A DNA stretch of 64,000 bases from Gloeobacterales cyanobacterium (GCA_038245785.1 JBBRSB010000011.1:58189-122188), one strand, 5' to 3'; counted from the stretch's first letter, positions 39,041 to 50,587 are shown. Notes: a model not told the origin generated them from the letters alone. A program made the numbers and translations.

Positions 39041-40754
39041 CTCCATCAGGCACCCCCCACATCACCTGAAAGGTCTCATAGGTGACCAGTCCTGGTAGGG
39101 GACCTTTAAGCTTTCTTAGATGGCGACACTCGGTATAGGCTACCGGAACTTTGCTTTCCTGACGGCTGCGAGAGTGATAGGCTGACGCCGCCGCTGCAGC
39201 GGCTAAATCTTCCTCGTGGGGAACCGTTCCTGGTGGGATTTGAAGGACCACGTGGGAGCCGGGGATTTCTTGGGCATGAAACCAGAGGTCGCTAGGGGCT
39301 GCTACTTTGAAACTGAGTTCTTCATTTTGGCGGTTGTTGCGTCCTACCCAGATTTTGAGTCCATGGGGAGTTAGATAGCCATGAAATACCGTTTTAGCTT
39401 TGCGGAAAGGGCGGTTTTTAGGATTGACTTTGAGATACTTCGCTTCTTCTAGCTCTGCCTGCACTTCTTGCAAACTCTCTAAATCTTGTTCCATCTGTTC
39501 CAAGGCCGTTTGAACCGTTGCCAGATAGTGTTGTTCTCGGTATACGCCTTCTAGTAGCGGAATAATAATCTCTAAAGCGCGTTTTGCCTTTTGGTGACGC
39601 TTGTAATACTGCTGCGCATTGGTGATGGCGTCTTTCGCCGGATCTATGGTGATATTGAATCTTTCACCTGTGTGGGGAGCTGTAAGCCGAGCAACTTTTT
39701 GGCCTGGCTGAATTTTATGGAGGTTGGCTTTGAGCAAGTCTCCTTTTTGACGGAACAACTCACAATCTTGCGCCTGCAGGAGTCGTTCTTTGAATTCGGC
39801 TTCTTTTTTCCCTAGCTTAGCCAGAGCGACCTGCATAACCTGCAGCATTCGACTTTGCTGATTCTTAAAGGTTTGGGCCTCTGTAGTTTGGGAATAGTAC
39901 TGGTCTAGGACGGCACTGGCCGTTTGCTCTTGATTAGAAACACATTCCCAGCCGAGCACACTGTATCCACTGTCTTTTAAACAGGGCTGAAAGAGACCGG
40001 ATTGCATGGTAGTCAGCCAATCGCTCCAAGCGCCAAAAAGGGCCTGCCATTGCGCTTCGCCAAGTTCCTGCGTCTTGGCTGTAATCGCAATTCCTGCTTG
40101 GGTCAGCAGTTGATGGGTAAGACTTTTACTGATGCCTCGATAGCTCTGGATCAGGGATTGGTCAACAGGCTTGGGCAAAAGACTGACACGCGCTTGCCAG
40201 GAGCTATAGGCAATACACAGACTAGGCTCTGGGCTCGTCAGCGGAGGGGGAGGGGTGTAGAGGTCGCCTGGTCCCATTGGTCTCAGGCGCGATTGGCTAT
40301 CGGTGACGACGTGGGCACAGTTGAGGATAATGTTTTGGGCAGTGGGATCCGTAAGCACTAAGTTGCTATATTTGCCCATGATTTCTACATAGAGCCGATG
40401 GGTGGCCGGTTCATCGGGCCGAGCCGCAAAATGCAGAATCAAGACCCTTTCCCAAGAGGGTTGTTCAATTTGGACTAAGACTTTACCATGCAAACAATCC
40501 TGAAGTTGGCTGATGAAAGCCTGGGGATTGGGTGGCTTCTGCGCAGGTCCTCGGTCCCGGAACTGCCGTATATGGATACGAGCGCTTTGCGGGTGGTGAG
40601 AACAGACCAGCCAGGCACTTTTATTAAAGGTCCTGAGCAAAATTTGAACGGTAAAGCTATCCTCTTGGCGCAGTTGTTCTACCCGTGCGGGTAACCAGTC
40701 CCTGCGCAATTCTTCTCGGATAGCACTCAAAGTTGTGACATCAACAGGCTGCAT
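39015..40754 (-). CDS. rqcH: NFACT/RqcH ribosome quality-control protein (FbpA family)
   Basis: MQPVDVTTL, ERVL, LYVEIMGKYSNLVL, NAQQYYK, VGRNNRQNE, WFHAQEIPGSHV. Confidence 0.9.
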   Translation of the reverse strand: MQPVDVTTLSAIREELRRDWLPARVEQLRQEDSFTVQILLRTFNKSAWLVCSHHPQSARIHIRQFRDRGPAQKPPNPQAFISQLQDCLHGKVLVQIEQPSWERVLILHFAARPDEPATHRLYVEIMGKYSNLVLTDPTAQNIILNCAHVVTDSQSRLRPMGPGDLYTPPPPLTSPEPSLCIAYSSWQARVSLLPKPVDQSLIQSYRGISKSLTHQLLTQAGIAITAKTQELGEAQWQALFGAWSDWLTTMQSGLFQPCLKDSGYSVLGWECVSNQEQTASAVLDQYYSQTTEAQTFKNQQSRMLQVMQVALAKLGKKEAEFKERLLQAQDCELFRQKGDLLKANLHKIQPGQKVARLTAPHTGERFNITIDPAKDAITNAQQYYKRHQKAKRALEIIIPLLEGVYREQHYLATVQTALEQMEQDLESLQEVQAELEEAKYLKVNPKNRPFRKAKTVFHGYLTPHGLKIWVGRNNRQNEELSFKVAAPSDLWFHAQEIPGSHVVLQIPPGTVPHEEDLAAAAAASAYHSRSRQESKVPVAYTECRHLRKLKGPLPGLVTYETFQVMWGVPDGVNLLTKYP

Positions 40755-40981
40755 AGGGTTAGTAGAGCATAGAAAAACGGATATTCGCGCTTTTTCGCGT
40801 GATTGGTTATGATGACTCCATAGGGGGTCTGCATGATGCAAAACATGCTCAATTTAGAGGAATTCCCCAGAGGGTACATCAAATGTGCCTTCAGACTTGC
40901 ATTGGTGCAGCTTTGGCTGCCCACTAGCCCAAAGTAGGGCTGCTGTCTTATTCACTATTGTCATTTCATGCGTGGGTGCTA

Positions 40982-41242
40982 ATGGATATTAAACTTATCA
41001 ACATCGGCTTTGGGAATATTGTTTCAGCTAATCGTGTTGTGGCTATCGTTAGTCCAGAATCTGCTCCTATTAAGCGTATCATCAGTGATGCGCGGGAAGC
41101 GGGTCGCCTGATAGATGCCACCTACGGTCGCAGAACACGGGCTGTGATCATCACAGATTCTTCCCACGTAGTCCTTTCTGCTATTCAACCGGAAACCGTT
41201 GCTAACCGATTCGTCGTCTCCAAAGAATCTCTCGAGACCTAA
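40982..41242 (+). CDS. remA: RemA/DUF370 family protein
   Basis: [28 protein letters not shown]...[13 protein letters not shown]. Confidence 0.93.
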   Translation: MDIKLINIGFGNIVSANRVVAIVSPESAPIKRIISDAREAGRLIDATYGRRTRAVIITDSSHVVLSAIQPETVANRFVVSKESLET

Positions 41243-41831
41243 TCCGACAGATACACCCGGCAGGCACCCTGATAAAGGGCGCTTGATCGTTCTGACGGGG
41301 CCGAGTGGTGTGGGTAAAGGTACTTTGGTTCGCGCACTCAGAGAGCGGCATCCAGCCTTATTCCTATCGGTGTCGGCGACTACCCGGTCGCCACGCCCTG
41401 GAGAGGTGGATGGTGAGCATTACTACTTCCTGACGCTGGAGCAGTTTGAAGCGCTTATCCAGCAACAGGAACTCTTGGAGTACGCCCGGTATGTGGGCAA
41501 CTACTATGGAACCCCTCGTGCCGCCGTTTTAGAAAAGCTGGTGCAGGGTGTAGATGTTCTCTTGGAAATAGAGGTAGAGGGAGCCCGTCAGGTGGCCCAT
41601 ACCTTTGCAGGAGCCCTGCGTATTTTTCTTTTGCCTCCTTCTGAAGAGGAGCTGAAAAATCGCTTGGTCGGCCGTGGAACCGATGCGCCAGAGGCGATAC
41701 AGCGTCGATTGATCCGTGCTCAGGAAGAAATCCGCTATGCTCCAGAGTTTACCTATCAAGTGGTGAATGGGGAGCTAGAACAAGCACTGCAGGCGATAGA
41801 GGCTATTCTTTACCCAGCATCACCTACTTAA
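41199..41831 (+). CDS. gmk: Guanylate kinase
   Basis: [34 protein letters not shown]; start codon uncertain. Confidence 0.96.
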   Translation: MLTDSSSPKNLSRPNPTDTPGRHPDKGRLIVLTGPSGVGKGTLVRALRERHPALFLSVSATTRSPRPGEVDGEHYYFLTLEQFEALIQQQELLEYARYVGNYYGTPRAAVLEKLVQGVDVLLEIEVEGARQVAHTFAGALRIFLLPPSEEELKNRLVGRGTDAPEAIQRRLIRAQEEIRYAPEFTYQVVNGELEQALQAIEAILYPASPT

Positions 41832-42396
41832 CTTCGTCCAGGGCAAGATTCAGGGCAAGTACGTTGATGCGAGGTTCGCCGAAGATCCCCAGAAAACGTC
41901 CTTCTGTCTGATTGGTAATCAGCTTGCGCACGGTCCCTGGATCAAGGCCGCGCACCTTGGCAATCCGATTCACTTGGACATTCGCTCCCTCTGGCGTGAT
42001 GTGAGGGTCCAGACCTGAACCCGGTGTCGTGACCAGATCGATGGTGGGCTTGACTCCGTTTTTGGCTTCAAAGGCCGCTGTGTCTGTTTTCACCCGGTCG
42101 ATGAGTAGCTTATTGGTGGGGGAGAATTGGCTGGCACCAGAGGCTTCTGCCTTGTAGTCGATTGAACTGGGGCGGCCTTGGAAATAACGGTCTGAGGTGA
42201 ACTTCTGACCAATGAGCGATGAGCCAATAGCCTGACCTTGTGCATTTCGCACAAGAGAGCCATTAGCTTGGTTTGGGAAGGCCACCTGGGCAAAAGCATT
42301 GATAACAAGAGGATAGACAAGACCACAGGCGATCCAGAAAAAGAGAGTCATCCGGACGCCTGTGCCGATTTCTTTGAAGGTGGACGTGATAGACAT
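41824..42396 (-). CDS. kdpC: K+-transporting ATPase subunit C
   Basis: [43 protein letters not shown]. Confidence 0.97.
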   Translation of the reverse strand: MSITSTFKEIGTGVRMTLFFWIACGLVYPLVINAFAQVAFPNQANGSLVRNAQGQAIGSSLIGQKFTSDRYFQGRPSSIDYKAEASGASQFSPTNKLLIDRVKTDTAAFEAKNGVKPTIDLVTTPGSGLDPHITPEGANVQVNRIAKVRGLDPGTVRKLITNQTEGRFLGIFGEPRINVLALNLALDEVK

Positions 42397-42424
42397 GACC
42401 GTTCTCCTGATGGATTAGGCAAAA

Positions 42425-44506
42425 CTAGGCAAAACCAACTGCGGTGACAAAGAGATCAATAAGCTTGATACCGATGAAAGGCACCACTAACCCGCCGACC
42501 CCGTAGATGAGGATATTGCGGGTCAGTAACTGGTCAGCGCTGAGAGGCTTAAACTCCACGCCTTTGAGCGCTAGGGGAATCAGGGCTGGGATGATAAGCG
42601 CATTGAAGATCAGTGCTGAGAGAATGGCTGAGGTGGGGCTGGTAAGACCCATGATGTTGAGGGCACCAATCCCGGCAGCGGTGAACATGGCGGGGATGAT
42701 GGCGAAGTATTTTGATACGTCGTTGGCGATGCTAAAGGTGGTCAGTGCGCCTCGGGTAATCAGCAATTGTTTGCCGATCGTCACCACATCAATGAGCTTG
42801 GTCGGGTCTGAATCGAGATCGACCATGTTGGCTGCTTCTTTGGCGGCCTGGGTCCCTGAGTTCATCGCCACGCCCACATCTGCCTGGGCCAAGGCTGGAG
42901 CATCGTTAGTCCCATCGCCCGTCATCGCCACGAGCTTGCCCTGAGCCTGGTTCTCTTTAATGACGCGAATTTTGTCTTCGGGGGTGGCTTCGGCAATAAA
43001 GTCATCAACCCCCGCTTCCTGGGCAATGACCGAAGCGGTGATCCGGTTATCACCTGTGAGCATAATCGTCTTGATACCCATGCGCCGCAGTTCTTCGAAA
43101 CGATCTTTGATACCGGGCTTGACAATGTCCTTAAGATAGATCACGCCGAAGATTTCTGTGCCCTCGCAGACGGCTAGCGGTGTACCCCCCAGACGCGATA
43201 CCCGCTCTGTGGCTGCATCTAGATCCGCTGGAATCTGTCCGCCCTGATTGAGCACGTAGCGCTTGATCGCATCGACAGCTCCCTTGCGCACCATGCGACT
43301 ATCCCCAAAGTCAGTGCCGCTCATCCGTGTTTGGGCAGTGAACTCGATACCTTCTGCTCCGTCGGGATTGTAGCCAACAGCGGCTCCCTCACGCTCAGCA
43401 AGTTTGACGATGGACTTGCCTTCGGGAGTGGCATCAAAGAGCGAACCGGCCCAGGCAATCGTAGCTATTTCTCGCCTGCTATGTTTCCCAACTGGGATAA
43501 ACTCGTCAGCCAGGCGGTTGCCTAGTGTAATCGTGCCCGTCTTATCAAGAATGAGCGTGCCGACATCGCCTGCTGCTTCCACGGCCTTACCAGAGGTGGC
43601 GATGACATTGAACTGAGCGACCCGGTCCATCCCCGCGATGCCGATAGCGGAGAGTAACCCCCCAATCGTCGTTGGAATCAGAGCGACGAGCAGGGCCACC
43701 AGGGTAGCGATGCTCACAGGTGCCCCGACAAAGCTAGCGATCGGGGGCAAAGTAGCAACAACGACCAGAAAAATCAGCGTCAGCACGGCCAGCAGGACCG
43801 TGAGCGCAATTTCATTGGGAGTCTTCTGGCGTTTGGCCCCCTCGACTAGGGAAATCATCCGGTCAATAAACCCTTCGCCAGGATTCGAGGTGATGCGGAT
43901 CTCAAGCGTATCGGAAAGGATGCGGGTGCCGCCCGTCACCGTGCTGGCCACGTCCGAACCTGGCTCTTTAATCACGGGAGCCGATTCACCCGTGATCGCC
44001 GATTCGTCCACAGAGGCAACGCCTTCGAGGACCTCACCGTCGCCAGGAATCAGATCTCCTGCTATGACCCGGATCGTATCTCCTTTGCGCAACTGGGTGG
44101 AGGAGACCTCTTCCGTTGTTCCATTGGCTAATACGCGACGAGCAAGGGTATCCTGCTTGGTGCGCCGCAGAGCATCGGCCTGCGCTTTGCCTCGTCCTTC
44201 TGCCACGGCCTCAGCAAAGTTAGCAAACAGCACAGTCACCAATAAAATGGCCGTAATCAGCCCGTTGAGCAGGCGCGTGCCCGGCTGCGGTCCGAATAGA
44301 TTGGGCTCAATGGTTAAAGCGAAGGTAATCAGGGTGCCAACCAGCACTACGAACATCACTGGATTTTTGTAGAGGGTGAGGGGATTGAGCTTGGTGAATG
44401 ACCCAACAATGGCGCGCTGATAGATGCCAGAGCTATCCACCGTGCGGCGATTCAGCCTCTTCGAAGCCAGAGATGCCTGCACAGTCGGTTTCGTTTTTAC
44501 TTCCAT
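42425..44506 (-). CDS. kdpB: K+-transporting ATPase subunit B
   Basis: [42 protein letters not shown]. Confidence 0.98.
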   Translation of the reverse strand: MEVKTKPTVQASLASKRLNRRTVDSSGIYQRAIVGSFTKLNPLTLYKNPVMFVVLVGTLITFALTIEPNLFGPQPGTRLLNGLITAILLVTVLFANFAEAVAEGRGKAQADALRRTKQDTLARRVLANGTTEEVSSTQLRKGDTIRVIAGDLIPGDGEVLEGVASVDESAITGESAPVIKEPGSDVASTVTGGTRILSDTLEIRITSNPGEGFIDRMISLVEGAKRQKTPNEIALTVLLAVLTLIFLVVVATLPPIASFVGAPVSIATLVALLVALIPTTIGGLLSAIGIAGMDRVAQFNVIATSGKAVEAAGDVGTLILDKTGTITLGNRLADEFIPVGKHSRREIATIAWAGSLFDATPEGKSIVKLAEREGAAVGYNPDGAEGIEFTAQTRMSGTDFGDSRMVRKGAVDAIKRYVLNQGGQIPADLDAATERVSRLGGTPLAVCEGTEIFGVIYLKDIVKPGIKDRFEELRRMGIKTIMLTGDNRITASVIAQEAGVDDFIAEATPEDKIRVIKENQAQGKLVAMTGDGTNDAPALAQADVGVAMNSGTQAAKEAANMVDLDSDPTKLIDVVTIGKQLLITRGALTTFSIANDVSKYFAIIPAMFTAAGIGALNIMGLTSPTSAILSALIFNALIIPALIPLALKGVEFKPLSADQLLTRNILIYGVGGLVVPFIGIKLIDLFVTAVGFA

Positions 44507-44518
44507 CGGTGAAGATTC

Positions 44519-46246
44519 CTAAAATGTTTTACCAGCGAGGTTGGCAAAGAATTCAGCCAGTGGACCGAGGGCAGCAATCGGGAAGAGAGTCAGACCGCCA
44601 AGGATGAGGATCGTTCCGGCGGTAACGGCACCGAATAAGGGCGTGTCCGTGCGCAGCGTGCCCGGTGTCTCAGGGACAAGCTTCTTCTGCTGCAAGCCAC
44701 CAGCCAGAGCCAAGAGGGCGATGATCGGTACATAGCGGCCCAAGAGCAGCACTACCGCACAGGTGTAATTCCACCAGGGCACGGCGCTGGTCAACCCTCC
44801 AAGGCCGGAGCCATTGTTTGCAGCAGCGGAAATATATTCGTAGAAAGGCTCGATCATGCCGCGATAGAGGGGGTTGCCCAGGGTGAGCAGTCCGGGGATG
44901 GACAGGGCGATGGCCAGGGGTATTTTGGTGATGATCGGCTGAAGCAAGAAGATAATGCTCGCCAGGGCCACTTCACGTTTTTCAATCTTGCGTCCGAAGA
45001 TTTCTGGGGTACGACCGACCATCAGACCCGTCAGAAAGACGGCAATGATCATGAAGATCAGGATGTAGGCTAGTCCAGTTCCTTGACCACCCCAGATCAC
45101 CTGCATAAACATGTTAAAAATGGCAACCAGTAAGGCCATCGGCGTCAGTGAATCGTGCATGCCATTGACGGCTCCGGTCATCGTTCCGGTGGTGGAAGTG
45201 GCAAAGAGGGCGGTCTGGGACCAGCCGAAGCGCACTTCCTGGCCTTCAAAGTTGGGGTTAGCCGTTCCCAAGATGGCGTTCAGGGTTGGGTTTCCAAAGT
45301 ATTCGCTGGTGGCAGCCACTCCGACGAGTACGACAAATAGGGCAAAGATTGTCCAGAAGATTACCCATCCTTGTTTTTTATTACCCGCCATAATGCCGAA
45401 GGTGTAGATAAACGAGGTGGGAATCGCCAACATCAGCAGAATCTGAAACAGGTTGGTGAACGGATTCGGATTCTCGTAGGGATGGGCAGAGTTCGTCGCA
45501 TAGGAACCACCGCCGTTCTCGCCCAGTTGCTTGATGCTTTCCATCGAGGCGAAGGGACCCGTGAATAGCTTTTGGGTGGTGACGGTTTCAGTCTTGCCGT
45601 TGGTCACGGTTGTGTAGGGATCGGTGAGCTTCACCTCGGTAATGGCGCTCAAGTTCTGAGGAACCCCCTGGCTCAGGAAGACGACCGCAAAAACGATCGA
45701 AATGGGCATCAAAATGCGCGAGATACTGCGGGTCAGATCTACATAGAAGTTACCCATCGGCTTGCCGAGGATGCCCCGGATAAAGGCAATGCCGACGGCT
45801 AGCCCTGTCGCCGCTGAGGTGAACATCAGAAATTGTAAGCAGACCATCTGGGTAAGGTGGCTAGCTCCCGTTTCACCGGAATAGTGCTGCTGGTTGGTGT
45901 TGGTCAGAAATGAAATGGCGGTGTGCAAGGCCAGGTCCGGCGTCATCCCAGAAATGCTGTTGGGATTGAGAGGTAAGCTACCTTGCAGCAGTAGTATCGC
46001 AAACACAGGTACGAACATGGCAACGTTGCTGATCAGCAAGGCGCGGGCATAGGCCCACCAGTCCATGTCCTCGTTTGGATCAACGCCTCCAAGCTTATAA
46101 ACCAGTCGTTCTACTGGATCGAAAAGTGGATCAAACCAAGTCTTCTGTAATTGGAAGACTCGAGCCATATAGGTACCCAAGAAAGGCACGATGGCTACCA
46201 TAAGGAAGATGGTGACTGCAATTTGCAAGAACCCTGAAAAAGCCAT
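44519..46246 (-). CDS. kdpA: K+-transporting ATPase subunit A
   Basis: FLTNTNQQHYSGE, LGENGGG, NSAHPYENP, GRTPE, ANNGSG. Confidence 0.98.
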   Translation of the reverse strand: MAFSGFLQIAVTIFLMVAIVPFLGTYMARVFQLQKTWFDPLFDPVERLVYKLGGVDPNEDMDWWAYARALLISNVAMFVPVFAILLLQGSLPLNPNSISGMTPDLALHTAISFLTNTNQQHYSGETGASHLTQMVCLQFLMFTSAATGLAVGIAFIRGILGKPMGNFYVDLTRSISRILMPISIVFAVVFLSQGVPQNLSAITEVKLTDPYTTVTNGKTETVTTQKLFTGPFASMESIKQLGENGGGSYATNSAHPYENPNPFTNLFQILLMLAIPTSFIYTFGIMAGNKKQGWVIFWTIFALFVVLVGVAATSEYFGNPTLNAILGTANPNFEGQEVRFGWSQTALFATSTTGTMTGAVNGMHDSLTPMALLVAIFNMFMQVIWGGQGTGLAYILIFMIIAVFLTGLMVGRTPEIFGRKIEKREVALASIIFLLQPIITKIPLAIALSIPGLLTLGNPLYRGMIEPFYEYISAAANNGSGLGGLTSAVPWWNYTCAVVLLLGRYVPIIALLALAGGLQQKKLVPETPGTLRTDTPLFGAVTAGTILILGGLTLFPIAALGPLAEFFANLAGKTF

Positions 46247-46258
46247 CTGCTGACCTCC

Positions 46259-46348
46259 CTAAAACCATTCAGGTTTGACCATCACCAGTAGCAGATAGGC
46301 TGCTAAGGCAAGGGTGATACACAGCAAAATAATTAGCGGTGCGGTCAT
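46259..46348 (-). CDS. kdpF: K+-transporting ATPase subunit F (29 aa), not in ORF track
   Basis: MTAPLIILLCITLALAAYLLLVMVKPEWF, YL...PE.F signature, directly upstream of kdpA. Confidence 0.9.
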   Translation of the reverse strand: MTAPLIILLCITLALAAYLLLVMVKPEWF

Positions 46349-46445
46349 TTCTTTTTTCTCTGTCCATTTATATTTTTGTTCTGCAACCATTGAGTAATAT
46401 TTGGATGTGCTCTGGCAAGGGGATAGTTCAGATTCTGGACGGTTA

Positions 46446-46507
46446 ATATATACCGGATACTTAGTGATATATACCAGTTGATATATGCTTCCTAGATATC
46501 TATATTT
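46446..46507. promoter_or_regulatory. Repeated ATATATACC-like motifs in the kdpF/HK divergent promoter
   Basis: ATATATACC at 46446 and 46467 (21 bp apart), variants at 46481 and about 46496. Confidence 0.45.
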
Positions 46508-46565
46508 CAGTTAGAAACAAGTTCTTTTTGCTAAGCTAAAAGTATCTGCCAGCGGTCATCAAAGT

Positions 46566-47657
46566 ATGTTCCTGGGAAGAAGTCTCCAGTTCAAGCCTGT
46601 CACCGGATATATCACTCTAATTTTTGTGGTGATCTTGGTGCTGGAATTCTTGACGCCGCCAGAGTACATCTTCGGCTATCTATATGTGGGTCCGATTCTG
46701 CTGGCTAACTGGTTTCTAGACCGACGCAGCACTCTATTCGTTACGGTATTGAGCGCCGCGCTGACTTTTGCGAATCTACTGTTTCCTCACTACGCTCTAA
46801 ATAATTCGATTGCCTTTACCAATCGGCTAATCACCGTTGCAGCCTTGCTCACGGTGGCTTACCTCGGAACCCAATATCGGCAGATGCAGGAAGAGACCAC
46901 TCAACAGAAAGCTCAACTACAAGCACGGGAAGAACTGGCGAAGGCTCAGGCAGACTTCATTGCCACCCTTACCCATGACCTGAAGACACCGCTACTCGGT
47001 GCCCAGCAGACACTCTCCTTCTTCGAGCAGGGGCAGTTTGGTCTGATTACCACTCAGCAGCAAGGGGTTCTGGAGACGCTGCAAAAGAGCAACTATAAGC
47101 AGCTCGCCCTAGTGGATACACTGCTGGCTATCTATCGCAACGACCTATCGGGCCTGCAGCTGAAAAAGCGGCGTTTGGATCTGGATGAGCTGTGTGCTGA
47201 GCAGATCATGGCCCTTAACGATTTAGCCCTCAACCGCAAGATTGAGCTGGCCTATGAAGGACTGAACCAGGCCCAATGCGAAGGGGATGATTTGCAGCTG
47301 AGTCGAGTCGTGGCCAATCTGGTGGGCAATGCCATCAACCATACTCCGCGTGGCGGTCGCGTCTTAGTCCAGCTATCCCAGGCCCAAGGTGAATATCGCC
47401 TGCTGGTAGAAGATACAGGCTCCGGCATCCCTTCGGCAGACCTCAAACGGATTTTTGACCGTTTCTACCAGTCGGACAATACGCGACATATCCCTGGTAC
47501 GGGGCTAGGGCTTTATTTGGCCAGGCAGATTATTGAAGCCCATGGTGGCCGTATCTGGGCAGCAAATCGTCCTAGCGGCGGCTGTTTGTTTGGGGTAGGA
47601 CTGCCTGCTCATGCATCGATTACCGCTAAATCACCTTCCTTCTTAAACACACTATGA
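46566..47657 (+). CDS. Membrane sensor histidine kinase
   Basis: About 4 TM; THDLKTPL, NLVGNAINHT, DTGSGI, FDRFYQ, GTGLGL. Confidence 0.95.
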   Translation: MFLGRSLQFKPVTGYITLIFVVILVLEFLTPPEYIFGYLYVGPILLANWFLDRRSTLFVTVLSAALTFANLLFPHYALNNSIAFTNRLITVAALLTVAYLGTQYRQMQEETTQQKAQLQAREELAKAQADFIATLTHDLKTPLLGAQQTLSFFEQGQFGLITTQQQGVLETLQKSNYKQLALVDTLLAIYRNDLSGLQLKKRRLDLDELCAEQIMALNDLALNRKIELAYEGLNQAQCEGDDLQLSRVVANLVGNAINHTPRGGRVLVQLSQAQGEYRLLVEDTGSGIPSADLKRIFDRFYQSDNTRHIPGTGLGLYLARQIIEAHGGRIWAANRPSGGCLFGVGLPAHASITAKSPSFLNTL

Positions 47658-48316
47658 CTACTCATTCGCCGATCACAGTTCTATTAGTTGAAGATGACCC
47701 TCTATTCCGCATGGGGCTGGCCCTTGTGATTCGCAACCATCCTGAATTGGAACTGGTAGGCAAAGTAGAGGATGGAGAATCGGCTCTTGAAATGCTGACG
47801 CAGCAAGTACCGCAGATTGTGCTCCTAGATATTGGTCTACCGGGATTGGGTGGAGAAGAGACCCTGGTGCGCATTAAACGTGAATATCCTCAGGTACGGG
47901 TATTGGTGCTCACCTCCCGCGAAGAGGCCCGGATGGTGCAGAAGATGCTCCAAGCTGGTGCCGATGGTTACTGCCTCAAGGGCATCACTCCCGACCACCT
48001 CCTGACGGTGATCAAAGAAGTCAGTGCTGGCAACGGTTGGTTCGACTCCAAAGTCCTGAGTCACATGCGAGAAGCTTGGACCGCTGAACCGATTACGCTA
48101 TCGGGGCGAACAGCCGCGCTCACGGAGCGGGAGCAAGAAGTGCTCCAGTGGATTGCTTGCGGTGCCAGTAACCCGGAGATTGGCCAATACCTGCATATCT
48201 CCAGTGGTACGGTGCGGGTTCATGTGCATGCTATTTTGCGCAAGTTAGGAGCAAGCGACCGCACCCATGCCGCTGTGCTGGCGCTCGAACGGGGACTGAT
48301 TTCTTCGCCTGAATGA
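47654..48316 (+). CDS. NarL/LuxR-family response regulator
   Basis: VEDD, LLDIGLPG, GYCLK; LTEREQEVL...HVHAILRKLG. Confidence 0.95.
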   Translation: MTTHSPITVLLVEDDPLFRMGLALVIRNHPELELVGKVEDGESALEMLTQQVPQIVLLDIGLPGLGGEETLVRIKREYPQVRVLVLTSREEARMVQKMLQAGADGYCLKGITPDHLLTVIKEVSAGNGWFDSKVLSHMREAWTAEPITLSGRTAALTEREQEVLQWIACGASNPEIGQYLHISSGTVRVHVHAILRKLGASDRTHAAVLALERGLISSPE

Positions 48317-48340
48317 TTAAACAGACATAGGACAGAAAGC

Positions 48341-50587
48341 ATGAGCGAAAATGAACGCCCCGATCCACAAGGACTGCTGCGAGAGCTGATGCAGTATTCC
48401 AGAGGAAGACTAAAACTCTATCTGGGCTATGCTCCTGGCGTTGGCAAGACGACGCGGATGCTGCGGGATGCTCAGCAACTACACCAACGAGGGGTGGATC
48501 TGGTAGTGGGCATTGTTGAAACCCACGGCAAGCCAGAAACGATGCAGCTACTAAATGGATTGGAAGTCATGCCTCTGCGCTCAATTTCTTATCAGGGCAC
48601 GATTCAGACAGAGTTAGATCTGGAGGCTATTCTAGAGCACCGACCCGCTACCGTACTCATTGATGAATTGGCCCATACCAATGTTCCTGGCAGTCGCTAT
48701 CACAAGCGCTTTGAGGATGTGGAAGCCCTTCTGAACGCGGGCATTAGTGTACTCTCCGCCATAAATATTCAACATCTGGAGCGGGTATCTGAAACAGCGG
48801 GACGACTGATTGGTATTCCAGTTCACGAAGTGGTTCCTGACCGCTTTCTCCAACATGCGGATGAACTACAACTGGTCGATGCCAGCCCAGAGACCGTTCT
48901 GGAGCGGTTGGCCCAAGCTAAGATCCCAGTGGGTAGTCCTTTCTTGCGCCGCAGCACTCTGACCTACCTGCGTGAACTGGCTTTGCGCACCGTTGCTGAG
49001 GTCGTAGACGCAGATATTCTGGCTCGTCAATCTGGGGTTACAAGTCCGGCGGGCATCCGGGAACGCCTGCTCGTGGCGGTGAGTACCAGTCCTGCTTCTG
49101 CCCGACTGATCCGTCGCGGAGCACGCATCGCTGAATATCTCGATGCAGAGCTGTTTATTGTCTTCGTTGAGAATGGCCGACCTATCCCTGAAAGGCAGCG
49201 ACCCCTACTCCAAGAATATGAGCAATTCAGTCAGCAAGGCGGCGGACAGTTCGTTCGGTTGCAGGGTGTGAACATTGCAAAAACGCTGATTACCTTTGCT
49301 TTGGAAAAAAATATCACTCAGGTAATCGTCGGTGAATCGTTGCGCTCGCCTTTGGAGGAATTAGTGCGCGGCTCCGTCGTCAACGCGCTGCTGCGCTCTG
49401 GCAACAACCTGGATGTACTGGTAGTCGGTGAAACAGAGTCGGTGATCAATCTCCCCGCTCAGCCAAGGCCCTTACCTCAGCAGCGCACCTGCTTTTTGTC
49501 CACGAGCCAGGAACGCGGTGATCGCAACTGTGGACGGCACAAGATATATCTGGGAGCGGCTCCCGGCGTCGGCAAAACCTATACCATGCTCCAGGAAGCC
49601 CATGACCTGGCTGCTGCTGGGGTCGATCTAGTTTGCGGCGTTATTGAAACCCATGGTCGGGCCGAGACGGCTGCCCTGATCGAGGGTCTGGAGATGATTC
49701 CAAAGCGTTCCATTGTGTACCAAGGTCGAATTTTTCAGGAACTGGACCGCGAAGCCGTACTGGCGCGACGACCGGCAGTGGTCCTGATTGATGAGCTGGC
49801 CCATACCAACGTTCCCGGCACCGACACGAGCAAACGCTACCAGGATGTCGAGATTTTGCTAGCGGCGGGGATAGAGGTTATCTCGACCCTCAATATTCAG
49901 CACTTGGAGAGCCTGAATACCCTCGTGGAGCGCACAACGGGCGTCAAGGTGCGTGAGACGCTCCCAGACTTAGTAGTTGGGTGCGCTGATGAAGTGATGC
50001 TCATCGATCTATCCACGGATGAACTGACGCAGCGACTGCGCGAAGGCAAAATCTACAGTCCTGCCAAAGTAGAACAAGCCCTATCTAACTTCTTTCGCGC
50101 CGAAAACCTGATTGCGCTGCGAGAATTGGCTCTTCGAGAACTAGCCGACGATTGCACTACTACCAAAAACGGTAGTGGAACAGCCCGACCGGATGAATGC
50201 GTAATGGTTTGCGTCAACCTGCGTCCGAACGCTCGGCAGCTGATCCGCAGAGGAGCCCGTATTGCCCGACGATTGGGAGCACGACTGGTCGTTGCCTATA
50301 TCCACCATCTAGCAGGAGAGTCCCTAACGGCTGCGATGCGCGAAGAATTGGGTCGTCTTCAACAGTTGAGCACAGAACTGGAAGGCATTTTTATCGAGCA
50401 GTCAGCCAACGATGTTGTCACTCAAATCGTCCTTCTTGCCCAAGCGCAGTCTGCCACTTTGCTGATCCTGGGAGAATCGCGTCGTTCTTGCTGGGAGGAG
50501 GTATTCCATGGTTCGGTCATCGAACAGGTCCTACGTCGAACGCGCAATCTGGATACGCTCATCGTTGGCAATTTTGAACGCGAGTAA
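48341..50587 (+). CDS. kdpD: Stand-alone KdpD N-terminal protein with tandem (KdpD-domain + USP) x2
   Basis: Two copies of G(Y/A)APGVGKT...ETHG...DELAHTN...NIQHLE...LRELALR, each followed by a USP domain; no TM or His-kinase domain. Confidence 0.88.
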   Translation: MSENERPDPQGLLRELMQYSRGRLKLYLGYAPGVGKTTRMLRDAQQLHQRGVDLVVGIVETHGKPETMQLLNGLEVMPLRSISYQGTIQTELDLEAILEHRPATVLIDELAHTNVPGSRYHKRFEDVEALLNAGISVLSAINIQHLERVSETAGRLIGIPVHEVVPDRFLQHADELQLVDASPETVLERLAQAKIPVGSPFLRRSTLTYLRELALRTVAEVVDADILARQSGVTSPAGIRERLLVAVSTSPASARLIRRGARIAEYLDAELFIVFVENGRPIPERQRPLLQEYEQFSQQGGGQFVRLQGVNIAKTLITFALEKNITQVIVGESLRSPLEELVRGSVVNALLRSGNNLDVLVVGETESVINLPAQPRPLPQQRTCFLSTSQERGDRNCGRHKIYLGAAPGVGKTYTMLQEAHDLAAAGVDLVCGVIETHGRAETAALIEGLEMIPKRSIVYQGRIFQELDREAVLARRPAVVLIDELAHTNVPGTDTSKRYQDVEILLAAGIEVISTLNIQHLESLNTLVERTTGVKVRETLPDLVVGCADEVMLIDLSTDELTQRLREGKIYSPAKVEQALSNFFRAENLIALRELALRELADDCTTTKNGSGTARPDECVMVCVNLRPNARQLIRRGARIARRLGARLVVAYIHHLAGESLTAAMREELGRLQQLSTELEGIFIEQSANDVVTQIVLLAQAQSATLLILGESRRSCWEEVFHGSVIEQVLRRTRNLDTLIVGNFERE

